This document shows, piece by piece, positions 27,807 to 37,282 of a DNA stretch of 64,000 nucleotides. Position 1 is the first letter of the stretch. Each line of letters starts with the position of its first letter. The translations under genes and the position numbers were made by a program. The notes under the pieces are model-generated. The model made no database searches. It was not told the DNA's origin and worked only from the letters and a program-made list of their open reading frames with translations. This stretch comes from Candidatus Kapaibacterium sp. (GTDB lineage: Bacteria > Bacteroidota > Ignavibacteria > Kapaibacteriales > UBA2268): NCBI GenBank assembly GCA_963664875.1, contig OY761611.1:1088001-1152000 (forward strand), read 5' to 3'.

Positions 27807-29117
27807 CTATTCTCCTTTTATGAGTTTATAAGAAATAGCCGTGTCAGCGTAAACTAGCTGAAGAATATACATACCTTTAGCAAGTTTGTCCAGAATTAGA
27901 GTAATACCTTCTTCATTCGAATTTATCTGAACGAGATAAGTAACTTCTCTTCCACCTTCATCAAATACTTTGATGTTTTCTCTTGGGATGAAATATTCGC
28001 AAGGAAGGAAAACCTGATTTGTAGTAGGGTTAGGATATAATACAGTTACTTCCAAGTCTTCAACTATACTTGAATCAAAGTAGTATTTACCGGCGGATAA
28101 TTGATAAGCTGCTCCAATTATTATATCTTCTCTCGAAATTATTGGAGAAGGCCAACTATATGTATAATGATGAGCTTCGTTGTAAATAATATTTTTATGA
28201 TTCAAATCATAAATAAAACACAAGTCATTTCTTGTAAGCAACAAATAATTTATATTTTTAAAAAAGTTTATAATGCCCGAGTGTTGAAGACCAGACACAT
28301 TAAATGTATTGTCAATAATTATTTTTTTGTTAATGTCAAAAATAAAAAAACCCATGTGGTCTTAATCGTTAGAATTATGTCTAAATGCTCCTGAAACAAA
28401 CAATAAATCAGAATCAGAAGGAGAAAATTCTATGTCTGCAGGATTGCCCCGTTCGTTTGAGGATTCAGGCATTAAGGGATAATCCACAACTAATTTATTT
28501 GTTTCAGTCTCCCAAACACGAAGGTGAGACTTCCCATCATTAACTGCTGCGAAATACTTACAATCTGCCGAAATAGTAAAATAGAAAGGGTCGTCATGTT
28601 GATCTTCTGTTGTAAGTTCAAATTTTTCGGTAAGTGATTCCAAATCGTAAACTCGAATTTCATTTGAGTAACTGAAGTTTCCTGCATCATTAAATTGATA
28701 TTCTAAACTTAAGTATATATTGTTTCTGTTTGTGTCAATTGTTAAATTTTTGTATTGTATTTCCCAACCATCTTTTACAGTAGGCAGAGTTTCATCCTGA
28801 ATAATATTCATCTCATTCAGATCTACCTTAACAAGGCTTGCTCCTGAAAGTACTAAAGCAGTTTGCCCGCCTTTCATAAGCTCAAACTTAGAGGCATCAA
28901 TTTCAACGAGGCGACGAATCAGTTCACCTGTTTCACTGTTATGTACAGCTATATCCACATTAGACCCGGCAACAAATTCCTCATCGTTATTGATGAAACG
29001 AAGCATAAAAACATTTTTATCCGGCGTAGGCACCGACCATAAAAACTTCATTTCACCCGCCTGTGTGGCAAGTGTCAGGAGAATAAAAAGAGGTAAAAAG
29101 AGTAAAGAAAGTCGCAT
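27807..29117 (-). pseudogene. T9SS beta-propeller copy 1, interrupted by an in-frame nonsense codon
   Basis: Reads AAC GAT TAA GAC CAC ATG with TAA at 28364-28362, where copy 3 has GAT GAA GAC CAT; the downstream ORF 27807-28355 is in the same frame. Likely start is the ATG at 29117. Confidence 0.85.
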
Positions 29118-29204
29118 ATATCTAATCCTGTTTTGCATTATTGATTTATTACATAATAAGCAGGATTTCGTTCATACAGAAGCGGAATTTTTAGATTTAG
29201 ATAT

Positions 29205-29231
29205 AAAAAAAGCTGCCCTATCGGACAGCTT
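29205..29231 (-). terminator. Intrinsic terminator after the oxidoreductase operon
   Basis: Minus strand AAGCTGTCC-GATA-GGGCAGCT followed by a T run. Confidence 0.8.
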
Positions 29232-29256
29232 AATATATCTAATTAATATCAGATTC

Positions 29257-29793
29257 TTATTTTACAAAGCTCGCACCTACTTCGAAGGCTTGCTTGTTCA
29301 ATGGAATAAGTTTATGGTGGCGTTCAGGAAGTACTTGTTCCAATGCTTTGAAAATAGTTTCAGGAGCAACTGTACTAGTACCTTGGATAAATGCACCAAG
29401 CATAATCATATTCAATACTTTGATGTTTTTCAACTTAACAGCTTCTTCAGAGCCCGGTATAGCATAGATTTTAATATCTGTGCGAGTAGGAGCTTTCAAG
29501 ATATTTGTGCTGTCATAAAACATACATCCGCCCGGTTTGATTCTGCTTTCGAATTTATCAACAGAAGGTTGGTTCAAAGCAACAACCGAATCAAACATAG
29601 AGATATATGGAGAGCTAACTTTTCTATCAGAAACGATAGTAGTTGCGTTAGCAGTACCGCCGCGCATTTCCGGACCGTAAGAAGGCATCCAGCATACTTC
29701 TTTGTCTTCGATCATGCCTGCATAAGCAAGGATCATACCCATAGAAAGTACACCCTGTCCGCCAAATCCTGCAAAAATAGCTTCTTGTGTCAT
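29257..29793 (-). CDS. 2-oxoacid:ferredoxin oxidoreductase gamma subunit
   Basis: AGFGGQG, PSYGPEMRGG, NMIMLGA. Confidence 0.93.
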   Translation of the reverse strand: MTQEAIFAGFGGQGVLSMGMILAYAGMIEDKEVCWMPSYGPEMRGGTANATTIVSDRKVSSPYISMFDSVVALNQPSVDKFESRIKPGGCMFYDSTNILKAPTRTDIKIYAIPGSEEAVKLKNIKVLNMIMLGAFIQGTSTVAPETIFKALEQVLPERHHKLIPLNKQAFEVGASFVK

Positions 29794-29794
29794 A

Positions 29795-30598
29795 TTACTT
29801 CACCTCCGGTACTTTAATGTCGCCAAGCGGATAATAAGGAATCATTTTTTCTTCAACGAATTTGTTTGATTGCAATGGAGTCATTTTCCAGTTAGATGGG
29901 CAGTTAGAAACCACTTCAACCATGCAATATCCGAGACCTTCCTGTTGGTATTTGATAGCTTTCTGAATAGCTTTTTTGAGTTTTCTTACGTTAGCAGCAG
30001 TATGTACTGACTGACGTGTAACATAAGCAACACCCGGTAATGGAGCAATCATATCAGAAATTTTCAAAGGATGTCCCATAGTTTCAACGTCTCTACCAAA
30101 AGGAGAAGTAGAAGAAACCATACCCGGTAAGGTAGTAGGAGCCATCTGACCGCTGGTCATACCATAGATACCGTTATTCACAAATATAGTAAGGATTTTT
30201 TCGCCTCTGTTGGCAGCGTGTACAGTTTCAGCAGTACCGATAGCAGCCAAGTCGCCGTCACCTTGATATGTGAAAACGAATCTTTCAGGGAAAACGCGTT
30301 TGATACCTGTAGCTACAGCACAAGCTCTACCGTGAGCAGCTTCAGACATATCTACGTTCATGTAGTGATATGCAAATACAGAACAACCAACCGGTGCAAC
30401 ACCGATAGTATCATTTTGCAATCCCATTTCTTTTACAACTTCCATAAGCACTTTGTGAATAGTGCCATGACCGCAACCAGGGCAGTAATGGAGAGGCGTA
30501 TCAGTAAGTGTTTCAGGTTTATCCCAAACGATATTTTCTTTTTGGCATATTTCTTCAGGTGCAAAACCTTCAGCCACATTCATTGTATTTTCAGCCAT
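29795..30598 (-). CDS. 2-oxoacid:ferredoxin oxidoreductase beta (TPP-binding) subunit
   Basis: YCPGCGHG, HGRA, QGDGD, NNGIYGMT.GQ. Confidence 0.95.
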   Translation of the reverse strand: MAENTMNVAEGFAPEEICQKENIVWDKPETLTDTPLHYCPGCGHGTIHKVLMEVVKEMGLQNDTIGVAPVGCSVFAYHYMNVDMSEAAHGRACAVATGIKRVFPERFVFTYQGDGDLAAIGTAETVHAANRGEKILTIFVNNGIYGMTSGQMAPTTLPGMVSSTSPFGRDVETMGHPLKISDMIAPLPGVAYVTRQSVHTAANVRKLKKAIQKAIKYQQEGLGYCMVEVVSNCPSNWKMTPLQSNKFVEEKMIPYYPLGDIKVPEVK

Positions 30599-31668
30599 TA
30601 CTTGCCTCCTTCAATAAACATTTTTTCGAAGTTTTCAAGGATTTCTTCAGGAGAAGGAATCATACCGCCTGCACGACCAAAGAACTTAACATCAGTTTTG
30701 CCGTTTACAGAAAGTCTTACGTCTTCCACCATTTGACCGTAGTTCATCTCTACGTCAAAGATACCTTTTACTTTTGGTGCAGTTTCAGCATAGATTTCAG
30801 TTGGGAAAGGGAACAAAGAGATAGGTCTGATTAGACCGATTTTGTAACCTTTTTCTCTACCTAATTCCATAGCTTTCATACAGATTCTTGCACCTAGACC
30901 AAAGCCTGTAAATACGTATTCAGCATCTTCTAAGTTCATTGTTTCATAGCGAACTTCGTTTTCCTGAATAGTTTTGTACTTACGTTGAAGGTGAAGGTTA
31001 ACCTGTTCCATTTTTTCGGATTCGATGTGAAGAGAAGTGATGTATCTTCTGTCAGCATCTTTAGGTTTGCCTGTGTGAGCCCATTCAGGGAACTCAGTTT
31101 TGCGAGGCATTTGATCGAAAAGTTCAACTTTTTCCATCATCTGACCGATAGCACCATCAGCAAGAATCATAACAGGATTGCGGTATTTTTCAGCTAAATC
31201 AAAACCATCTCTAACGAAATCAACCATTTCCTGAACGCTTGATGGAGCAAGCACGATCATTTTATAATCGCCATGTCCGCCACCTTTTACAGCTTGGAAA
31301 TAGTCTGCCTGAGAAGGCTGGATAGTACCAAGACCAGGGCCACCACGGTTTACGTTACATAAAACGCAAGGAAGCTCAGCGCCTGCGATGTAAGAAATAC
31401 CTTCCATCATTAGTGACATACCAGGAGAAGAAGAAGTAGTCATTACTCTTTTACCTGTTCCGGCAGCACCATAAATCATATTGATAGAAGCCACTTCAGA
31501 TTCAGCTTGAAGCACAACCATACCAGTTCTTGCATTTGCTTCGTTTGCTAAATATTCTAATACTTCGGATTGTGGAGTGATAGGGTATCCAAAATAGGCA
31601 TCACAACCGGCTCTAATCATAGCCTCTGCGAGTGCCTCATTACCTTTCATAAGTTTGATTTCACCCAT
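30598..31668 (-). CDS. vorB: 2-oxoacid:ferredoxin oxidoreductase alpha subunit (2-oxoisovalerate type)
   Basis: MKGNEA, FGYPITPQSE, QAESEVA, TSSSPG, RGGPGLG, KGGGHGDY. Confidence 0.9.
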   Translation of the reverse strand: MGEIKLMKGNEALAEAMIRAGCDAYFGYPITPQSEVLEYLANEANARTGMVVLQAESEVASINMIYGAAGTGKRVMTTSSSPGMSLMMEGISYIAGAELPCVLCNVNRGGPGLGTIQPSQADYFQAVKGGGHGDYKMIVLAPSSVQEMVDFVRDGFDLAEKYRNPVMILADGAIGQMMEKVELFDQMPRKTEFPEWAHTGKPKDADRRYITSLHIESEKMEQVNLHLQRKYKTIQENEVRYETMNLEDAEYVFTGFGLGARICMKAMELGREKGYKIGLIRPISLFPFPTEIYAETAPKVKGIFDVEMNYGQMVEDVRLSVNGKTDVKFFGRAGGMIPSPEEILENFEKMFIEGGK

Positions 31669-31701
31669 GGCGTATCCTTATTAACTTAATTATTTAAATT
31701 A

Positions 31702-31929
31702 TTAATTCTTTTTAGTTTTTCTGTAAACAGTAATAACAGAATCCGGACACATCAACGCACAACTTGTACAGCCAGTACAGTTTTTATTTACATTCACTGC
31801 GTAGCGATAACCTTTTTGGTTGATTGTATCAGCGAGGGCAAGAGTATTTTCAGGACAAGCGTCTATACACAGTTCGCAGCCCTTGCATCTTTCGATGTCT
31901 ATTATTACTTCGCCAAATACTTTAGCCAT
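31702..31929 (-). CDS. 2[4Fe-4S] ferredoxin, delta subunit
   Basis: CKGCELCIDACP and CTGCTSCALMCP. Confidence 0.95.
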   Translation of the reverse strand: MAKVFGEVIIDIERCKGCELCIDACPENTLALADTINQKGYRYAVNVNKNCTGCTSCALMCPDSVITVYRKTKKN

Positions 31930-32202
31930 TACTACCTCGGCTTTATGTTAATCGAAAAAATTTGATTCAATTGTTTATTGCCTCAGCTAAGAAATTAAAT
32001 ACCATTCCTTAGCTCAAAGCATTATCAAATTACAAAAATATTCTTAGCAAAGCAAAGTAAAAATATTGGCAGGCAATGCGAAAAGTTTTTATTTTTCAAG
32101 CACTTACAAAATTGTAATGCTTTAATCTTCCAAAACATGAATTTAGGCAAGACTAAACATTCACAACTAATATAGTCGTTATTAGTAGTTTTTTTGGGCA
32201 AT

Positions 32203-32691
32203 TTACCTGAGTAGTGTTATAAATATTTGTGTAGTATAATAGTTACCAAGCGAATCTGTAACAACTGCCGCACCCATTCTGTCCCAAGTCTTTAGCAAAT
32301 TAGATTTGATTGCTTCATCTCCCATCCAATCTGCAAATATTTGAGTAGCCGGGTCTTCTGTGCCGTTGTAATACCCCACATTTTCGAACGCCAACTTGTA
32401 TGCAGACTCTTCGCCTATAGCCGGTAACCTCTCTTCTTCAAAATTGTCATGCGAAATTTTTTTCATTTCAAGCATATAGAGCGAATGTTTGTAACATTGC
32501 TCAGCAATGATTTCGGAAGGTTCAATTGTTGCTATACTATTTAGAGCTCTTAAACTATCCAGCTTACTATTGAGCGATAACAGCACTTCATGCGAAGGAA
32601 CTTTTGTCATAGCTTTGGGTTCTATCGGGTTGTCGCTGTTAGTACAGGAAGAAATTACAAGCAATAATAAAGCAATAAAACAATATTTCAT
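32203..32691 (-). CDS. CAP/SCP-domain lipoprotein
   Basis: Lipobox ISS-C after MKYCFIALLLL (ATG 32691); HSLYM...ISHD, ENVG, WM, YYTTQIF. Confidence 0.75.
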   Translation of the reverse strand: MKYCFIALLLLVISSCTNSDNPIEPKAMTKVPSHEVLLSLNSKLDSLRALNSIATIEPSEIIAEQCYKHSLYMLEMKKISHDNFEEERLPAIGEESAYKLAFENVGYYNGTEDPATQIFADWMGDEAIKSNLLKTWDRMGAAVVTDSLGNYYTTQIFITLLR

Positions 32692-32932
32692 TTCTAAACT
32701 TCGATTGTTAATCTTTATCAAAAATACACGGGAATTTTGAATTGGTTGCATTTTTATCAAATATAATAAAAATCAGGTTCTTTTTTTTTGAGGAACAAAA
32801 AATAGGCAGTTTTCTTATTATTTACGGGACTGCCCTATTGGCTCGAGCAAGGATATTATAGGAAGTAAACCAAAATATAGCAAAAGAGCAGTCCCAATAA
32901 TCTTTATCTATTGAAATTAAAATCTATTGAAA

Positions 32933-33625
32933 TTAAAAATTTACTCCTTTGAAGTCTTCGATAAACGCAAGTCCGTTTTTAGCTTTTATATCGTCAGGAT
33001 CTAACTCCAAAGCTTTTTTGTAAGCTACTCTTGCGTCATAGTTTTTACCAAGATTCATGTAAGCATCGCCTAACAATGCATAAGCAGAAGGGCTATCAGG
33101 ATTGCGAAGTATCATTTTTTCCAGACAATTCGCAGCCTCTTCGTACAAACCTAAACGCAAATCAGTAACTCCAATATGGAAGTATGCTATAGTAAACTCC
33201 GGTGCGTTATCGACCACTGCTTTGTAATAGTTCCTTGCTTTGTGCAAATCACCGCAGTGGTAATTCATTATGCCCAGCCAATAATTTGCCATTAGAAAAT
33301 CAGGATCCATTTCCAAGACTTTTTCTAATTCTTTTATTGCTACCTTTATCCTACCCATGCGGTAGTAAGCAAGCCCAAGGTCGTACCTTGCAGTTGGAAA
33401 ATTAGGTAGTTTTTCAATTGCTTTGTTCAGATAAGTAACACTCTGATCGAGCAATCCTAATCGGTAGTACACATTTCCTATATGCTTATAAACTATACCC
33501 AATTCAGGATTTTCAGCAATTGCTTCTTTATAGTATTCAATAGCTTTCAAATATTCACCGTTAGTTTCAGCCTGATAAGCTGCCAATACATTCGGGTTGT
33601 CCGAGTCAAATTTTGAATATGTCAT
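32933..33625 (-). CDS. Tetratricopeptide repeat protein
   Basis: About six TPR units (LG.AYY..G....A...L.K.LE.DP). Confidence 0.92.
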   Translation of the reverse strand: MTYSKFDSDNPNVLAAYQAETNGEYLKAIEYYKEAIAENPELGIVYKHIGNVYYRLGLLDQSVTYLNKAIEKLPNFPTARYDLGLAYYRMGRIKVAIKELEKVLEMDPDFLMANYWLGIMNYHCGDLHKARNYYKAVVDNAPEFTIAYFHIGVTDLRLGLYEEAANCLEKMILRNPDSPSAYALLGDAYMNLGKNYDARVAYKKALELDPDDIKAKNGLAFIEDFKGVNF

Positions 33626-33833
33626 CTCTTTTCTCCTAAGGGAAGTATCGCATTTATTAAAATAAACGCTTATATATATTTATAATTTTAAAATTCAGTT
33701 TAACTTATTATATGTGGCTATATTCCAATCACTTAGTCAAGTCTCCTCAACTACAGGATTTATAAATATTATTACTACCACATTCGGTATCTGACTTTTA
33801 CCTAAAAATTGCTATTCTATTAGCTTCCTGAAG

Positions 33834-34733
33834 CTACTTTAAATTGCTTTTAAAAGAAAAATCTACTGGACGTGGTTCGTCTCCGGAGTAATCATAAAAG
33901 CCTTTTCCGGTTTTTCTGCCGTAGTGCCCGGCACTTACTAATTTTCTAAGCAATGGAGCCGGTCTGTATTTACTGTCGCCCAAGTCATTATGCAACACTT
34001 CCAATATAGAAAGTGTAGTATCCAGCCCAATCAAATCAGCTAAAAACAATGGCCCCATAGGATGTGCAAACCCAAGCTTTGCTACTTCATCAATACCATC
34101 TACAGTGCCTACATTTTCCATCAACGCAAAAACCGCTTCGTTTATAAATGGCATCAAAATTCTGTTTGCAATAAACCCGGGGTAGTCGTTAGCTGTAACA
34201 GGGACTTTATGTAGAGTAATTGAAGTATCAACAATGGTTCTATAAACTTTATCCGAAGTAGATAGTCCACGTATTATCTCTACTAATTTCATCATAGGTA
34301 CGGGGTTCATAAAGTGCATACCTATGACCTGTTCAGGTCTTTTTGTCTGGGCGGCTATTTCTGTTATGGAAATAGTAGATGTATTGCTTGCAAGTATTGC
34401 TTCAGGTTTTACTAATTCATCAATTTTTCTAAAGAGGTCAAACTTGATGGTCTTATTTTCTGTTGCTGCTTCTACAACTAAATCTGCATCCTTACCACTT
34501 TCTAAATCAGTAGTTATTTGAATTTTATCTAAAATGTCTTTTATTTCTTCTACTGTGATTGTGCCTTTTTTGAGCTGTCTGTTAAGATTTTTTTCTATTA
34601 CAACAAGAGTCTTTTTCAAAGCGTCTTCCGAAATATCAAAAAGGATAACACTGAAACCATGCTGAGCGAATGTGTGAGCGATGCCATTGCCCATAGTGCC
34701 GGCACCGATTACCATAACTTGATTGATAGTCAT
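33834..34733 (-). CDS. hbd: 3-hydroxybutyryl-CoA dehydrogenase
   Basis: [42 protein letters not shown]. Confidence 0.95.
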   Translation of the reverse strand: MTINQVMVIGAGTMGNGIAHTFAQHGFSVILFDISEDALKKTLVVIEKNLNRQLKKGTITVEEIKDILDKIQITTDLESGKDADLVVEAATENKTIKFDLFRKIDELVKPEAILASNTSTISITEIAAQTKRPEQVIGMHFMNPVPMMKLVEIIRGLSTSDKVYRTIVDTSITLHKVPVTANDYPGFIANRILMPFINEAVFALMENVGTVDGIDEVAKLGFAHPMGPLFLADLIGLDTTLSILEVLHNDLGDSKYRPAPLLRKLVSAGHYGRKTGKGFYDYSGDEPRPVDFSFKSNLK

Positions 34734-34865
34734 CTTTAGAACTCCTTAGATTGTATATTTTTTTGAATAAAATTGCTATTTTGCTATATATTTCGAATCA
34801 CATAGCAAACAAACTACTATTATGGCAGTTTAATGCTATATTTATTTAATGTATGAGGATTAAAC

Positions 34866-35858
34866 ATGAAAAATATTGAATACAAAGCCCTATTTGTAAG
34901 AGAAATTGAAGAAAATAAATTCCAAAGAAGCATAGAAACTTTGCAAACTGCTGATTTGCCTCAAAATGGAGTGCTTATTCGTGTCTTATATTCATCACTC
35001 AATTATAAAGATGCTTTATCAGCTTCCGGTCACAAAGGCATAACTCGAAGCTATCCTTTTCAGCCCGGAATCGATGCAGCAGGGATTGTAGAATCGTCCA
35101 ATTCCGATTTATGGAAGCCGGGAGATGAAGTAATCGTTACTGGTCACGATTTGGGCATGAATACTTACGGCGGATTTGGACAATTTATCAATGTTCCTGC
35201 AGAGTGGATTGTTCCACGTCCTGCAGGTTTGTCCTTAAAGCAGGCTATGATGCATGGCACTGCAGGTTTCACTGCCGGAGTCAGCGTTTACGAGCTGCAA
35301 CGCAATAATGTTGCACCCGGCAGCACAGTACTCGTAACAGGTGCTTCGGGAGGAGTCGGGAGCATAAGTGTTGCTATACTATCAAAATTAGGATACAAAG
35401 TCATTGCATCTACAGGAAAAAAAGATACAGAATTCTTCTCAAAACTCGGCAATCCCGAATTGATAGACAGATCTGAAGTCAACGATAAAAGCGGACGACC
35501 TTTGCTTTCAGGCAGATGGCACGGCGCTATAGATACTGTAGGCGGAAACACACTCTCTACAGTAATCCGTTCCACCAAGCAGAGAGGCTGCGTTACAGTC
35601 ATGGGCAATGTCGAATCTAATGATTTGAATATAACTGTTATGCCTTTCCTACTCCGTGGGGTAACAATTCAGGGGATAGATTCTGCCTCAAGACCGATGG
35701 ATTTGCGTCGGGTAATTTGGATGAACCTTTCAGAAGATTGGAAAGTAGATCTTTCTTTTATGATAAAAGAAGTAGGTTTATCTGATTTGAGCACTGAAAT
35801 AGATACAATTCTGAAAGGTGGGCAAAAAGGCAGAGTTGTCGTAGATTTGTGGAAATAG
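34866..35858 (+). CDS. acuI: Acryloyl-CoA reductase / YhdH family oxidoreductase
   Basis: YSSLNYKDAL, GTAGFTA, VTGASGGVGS, IDTVGG, PFLLRGV..GIDS. Confidence 0.88.
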   Translation: MKNIEYKALFVREIEENKFQRSIETLQTADLPQNGVLIRVLYSSLNYKDALSASGHKGITRSYPFQPGIDAAGIVESSNSDLWKPGDEVIVTGHDLGMNTYGGFGQFINVPAEWIVPRPAGLSLKQAMMHGTAGFTAGVSVYELQRNNVAPGSTVLVTGASGGVGSISVAILSKLGYKVIASTGKKDTEFFSKLGNPELIDRSEVNDKSGRPLLSGRWHGAIDTVGGNTLSTVIRSTKQRGCVTVMGNVESNDLNITVMPFLLRGVTIQGIDSASRPMDLRRVIWMNLSEDWKVDLSFMIKEVGLSDLSTEIDTILKGGQKGRVVVDLWK

Positions 35859-35880
35859 TTATCAAATTGCCAAAATACTC

Positions 35881-35915
35881 AAAAGGCTGTTTTTTTTCAT
35901 AAAAAACAGCCTTTT
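35881..35915. terminator. Bidirectional terminator between acuI and purM
   Basis: AAAAGGCTGTTTTTT..AAAAAACAGCCTTTT between convergent genes. Confidence 0.8.
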
Positions 35916-35941
35916 GTTTCAATATCTGTGTTGTTTTTTTA

Positions 35942-36937
35942 CTATGCTTCTACGATGCGTCCCATTATCACAGGAGATTCAATCTTTGCCATTTCCATCA
36001 CAGTATCAACATTGTTTTTATCAACAATCAAAATCATACCTATACCAAGATTAAATACATGACGCATTTCTTCTTCGTCAATATTTCCGGTTTTTTGAAT
36101 CAAATCAAAAATAGGTAGTCTTTCCCATGAGTTCCAATCTATTTCCATAGCAGTATTTTCAGGCATAATTCGAGAAGTATTACCAACGATACCGCCACCG
36201 GTAATGTGCGAAATACCACTAATCAAGTCTTTTTCCAACATCGGATAAACAGTCTGAAGATATGATCTATGCACTGCAAGCAAGCTCTCGCCTACTGAGC
36301 AACCTAAAGAATCAACAAACTCATCTACTTTATATTTACCAAGTAACACAGCACGCGCTAATGAATAGCCGTTTGTATGCAAGCCTGTAGATTTTAATCC
36401 TATCATCACATCGCCGGGTTTAACTTTAGAGCCATTGATAATCTTATTTTTATCTACGACACCAACGATAGTCCCTGACATGTCATACTCGCCATTTGCA
36501 TAAATCGAAGGCATTTCAGCAGTTTCACCACCAATAAGAGCACATCCGTTTAGCTTACAGCCATCTACAAAACCGCTTATTACATCTTCTGCCACAGCAG
36601 GATTGAGCTGACCTGTAGCAAAATAATCCATAAAAAATAATGGCCTTGCACCGCAGCATAAAATATCATCAACACAGTGATTGACAAGACATTGACCTAC
36701 TGTATTATGTTTGTTTGTCATAAATGCAATTTTTAGTTTAGTGCCGACACCGTCCACACTTGAAACCAAAATAGGATGCTCCAAATCTTCAAACTTTGCA
36801 TCATAAAATCCGCCAAAAAGACCGATTTCAGCCAATACTTTGTCGTTGAAAGTTGATTTTACAAGAGGTTTAATTCTTTTTACTGTTTCGTCACCGGCTG
36901 CTATATCTACACCGGCTGCTTTATAGGTAATGCTCAT
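35942..36937 (-). CDS. purM: Phosphoribosylformylglycinamidine cyclo-ligase
   Basis: YKAAGVD, DGVGTK, GGETAEMP, GLHTNGYSL, HITGGG, FNLGIG. Confidence 0.97.
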   Translation of the reverse strand: MSITYKAAGVDIAAGDETVKRIKPLVKSTFNDKVLAEIGLFGGFYDAKFEDLEHPILVSSVDGVGTKLKIAFMTNKHNTVGQCLVNHCVDDILCCGARPLFFMDYFATGQLNPAVAEDVISGFVDGCKLNGCALIGGETAEMPSIYANGEYDMSGTIVGVVDKNKIINGSKVKPGDVMIGLKSTGLHTNGYSLARAVLLGKYKVDEFVDSLGCSVGESLLAVHRSYLQTVYPMLEKDLISGISHITGGGIVGNTSRIMPENTAMEIDWNSWERLPIFDLIQKTGNIDEEEMRHVFNLGIGMILIVDKNNVDTVMEMAKIESPVIMGRIVEA

Positions 36938-37282
36938 TGGAATTATAGTGCTTAGTTAATAATTTGCCTAAGGAATATACAAAAATACTCAATAATAAGA
37001 GAAATAAAAATTGATATTAGGTAATTTAGTTTATCAACCTAGCAATCTTATTGTCGAAAAACAGCTATAGTCTATTTTACACATCACTTTATACCTATAA
37101 ATACCTAAGTGTATTTCCTCCCGGTTTTAATTTCTAAGGCTTTATACTTAATCATATATGTCTATTTGTTATATTTTTACACATATTTACATGTTTTTAC
37201 TTGTTTGTATGAACTTTATATACTATTTTATCTTATTGATTTATTTATATCATTTAAATTTTTCAACATTAAGGATAAAAAT

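Larger units (their letters stand above)
21244..29117 (-). repeat. Six-unit tandem gene array, period about 1307-1317 bp
   Basis: Starts at 29117, 27804, 26497, 25187, 23870 and 22557, each 2 bp after the preceding stop; long near-identical DNA blocks. Confidence 0.95.

Noticed and set aside
28362-28364. Stop-codon recoding in copy 1
   Set aside because: The codon is TAA (not used for Sec or Pyl), TAA ends many genes here, and the paralog has GAA; a point mutation or sequencing error is simpler.
21244-29117. Diversity-generating retroelement acting on the array
   Set aside because: No reverse transcriptase or template repeat seen; differences between copies are block-wise and not confined to adenines.
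21244-29117. Invertase-driven shufflon
   Set aside because: All copies are in direct orientation, most are complete genes, and no recombinase or inverted crossover sites are nearby.
28990-29817. 275-aa plus-strand ORF
   Set aside because: Antisense to the oxidoreductase gamma subunit and array copy 1, and it crosses a terminator.
37109-37282. 58-aa N-terminal extension of the surface protein
   Set aside because: AT-rich intergenic DNA read in frame; the RBS and signal peptide point to ATG 37283.
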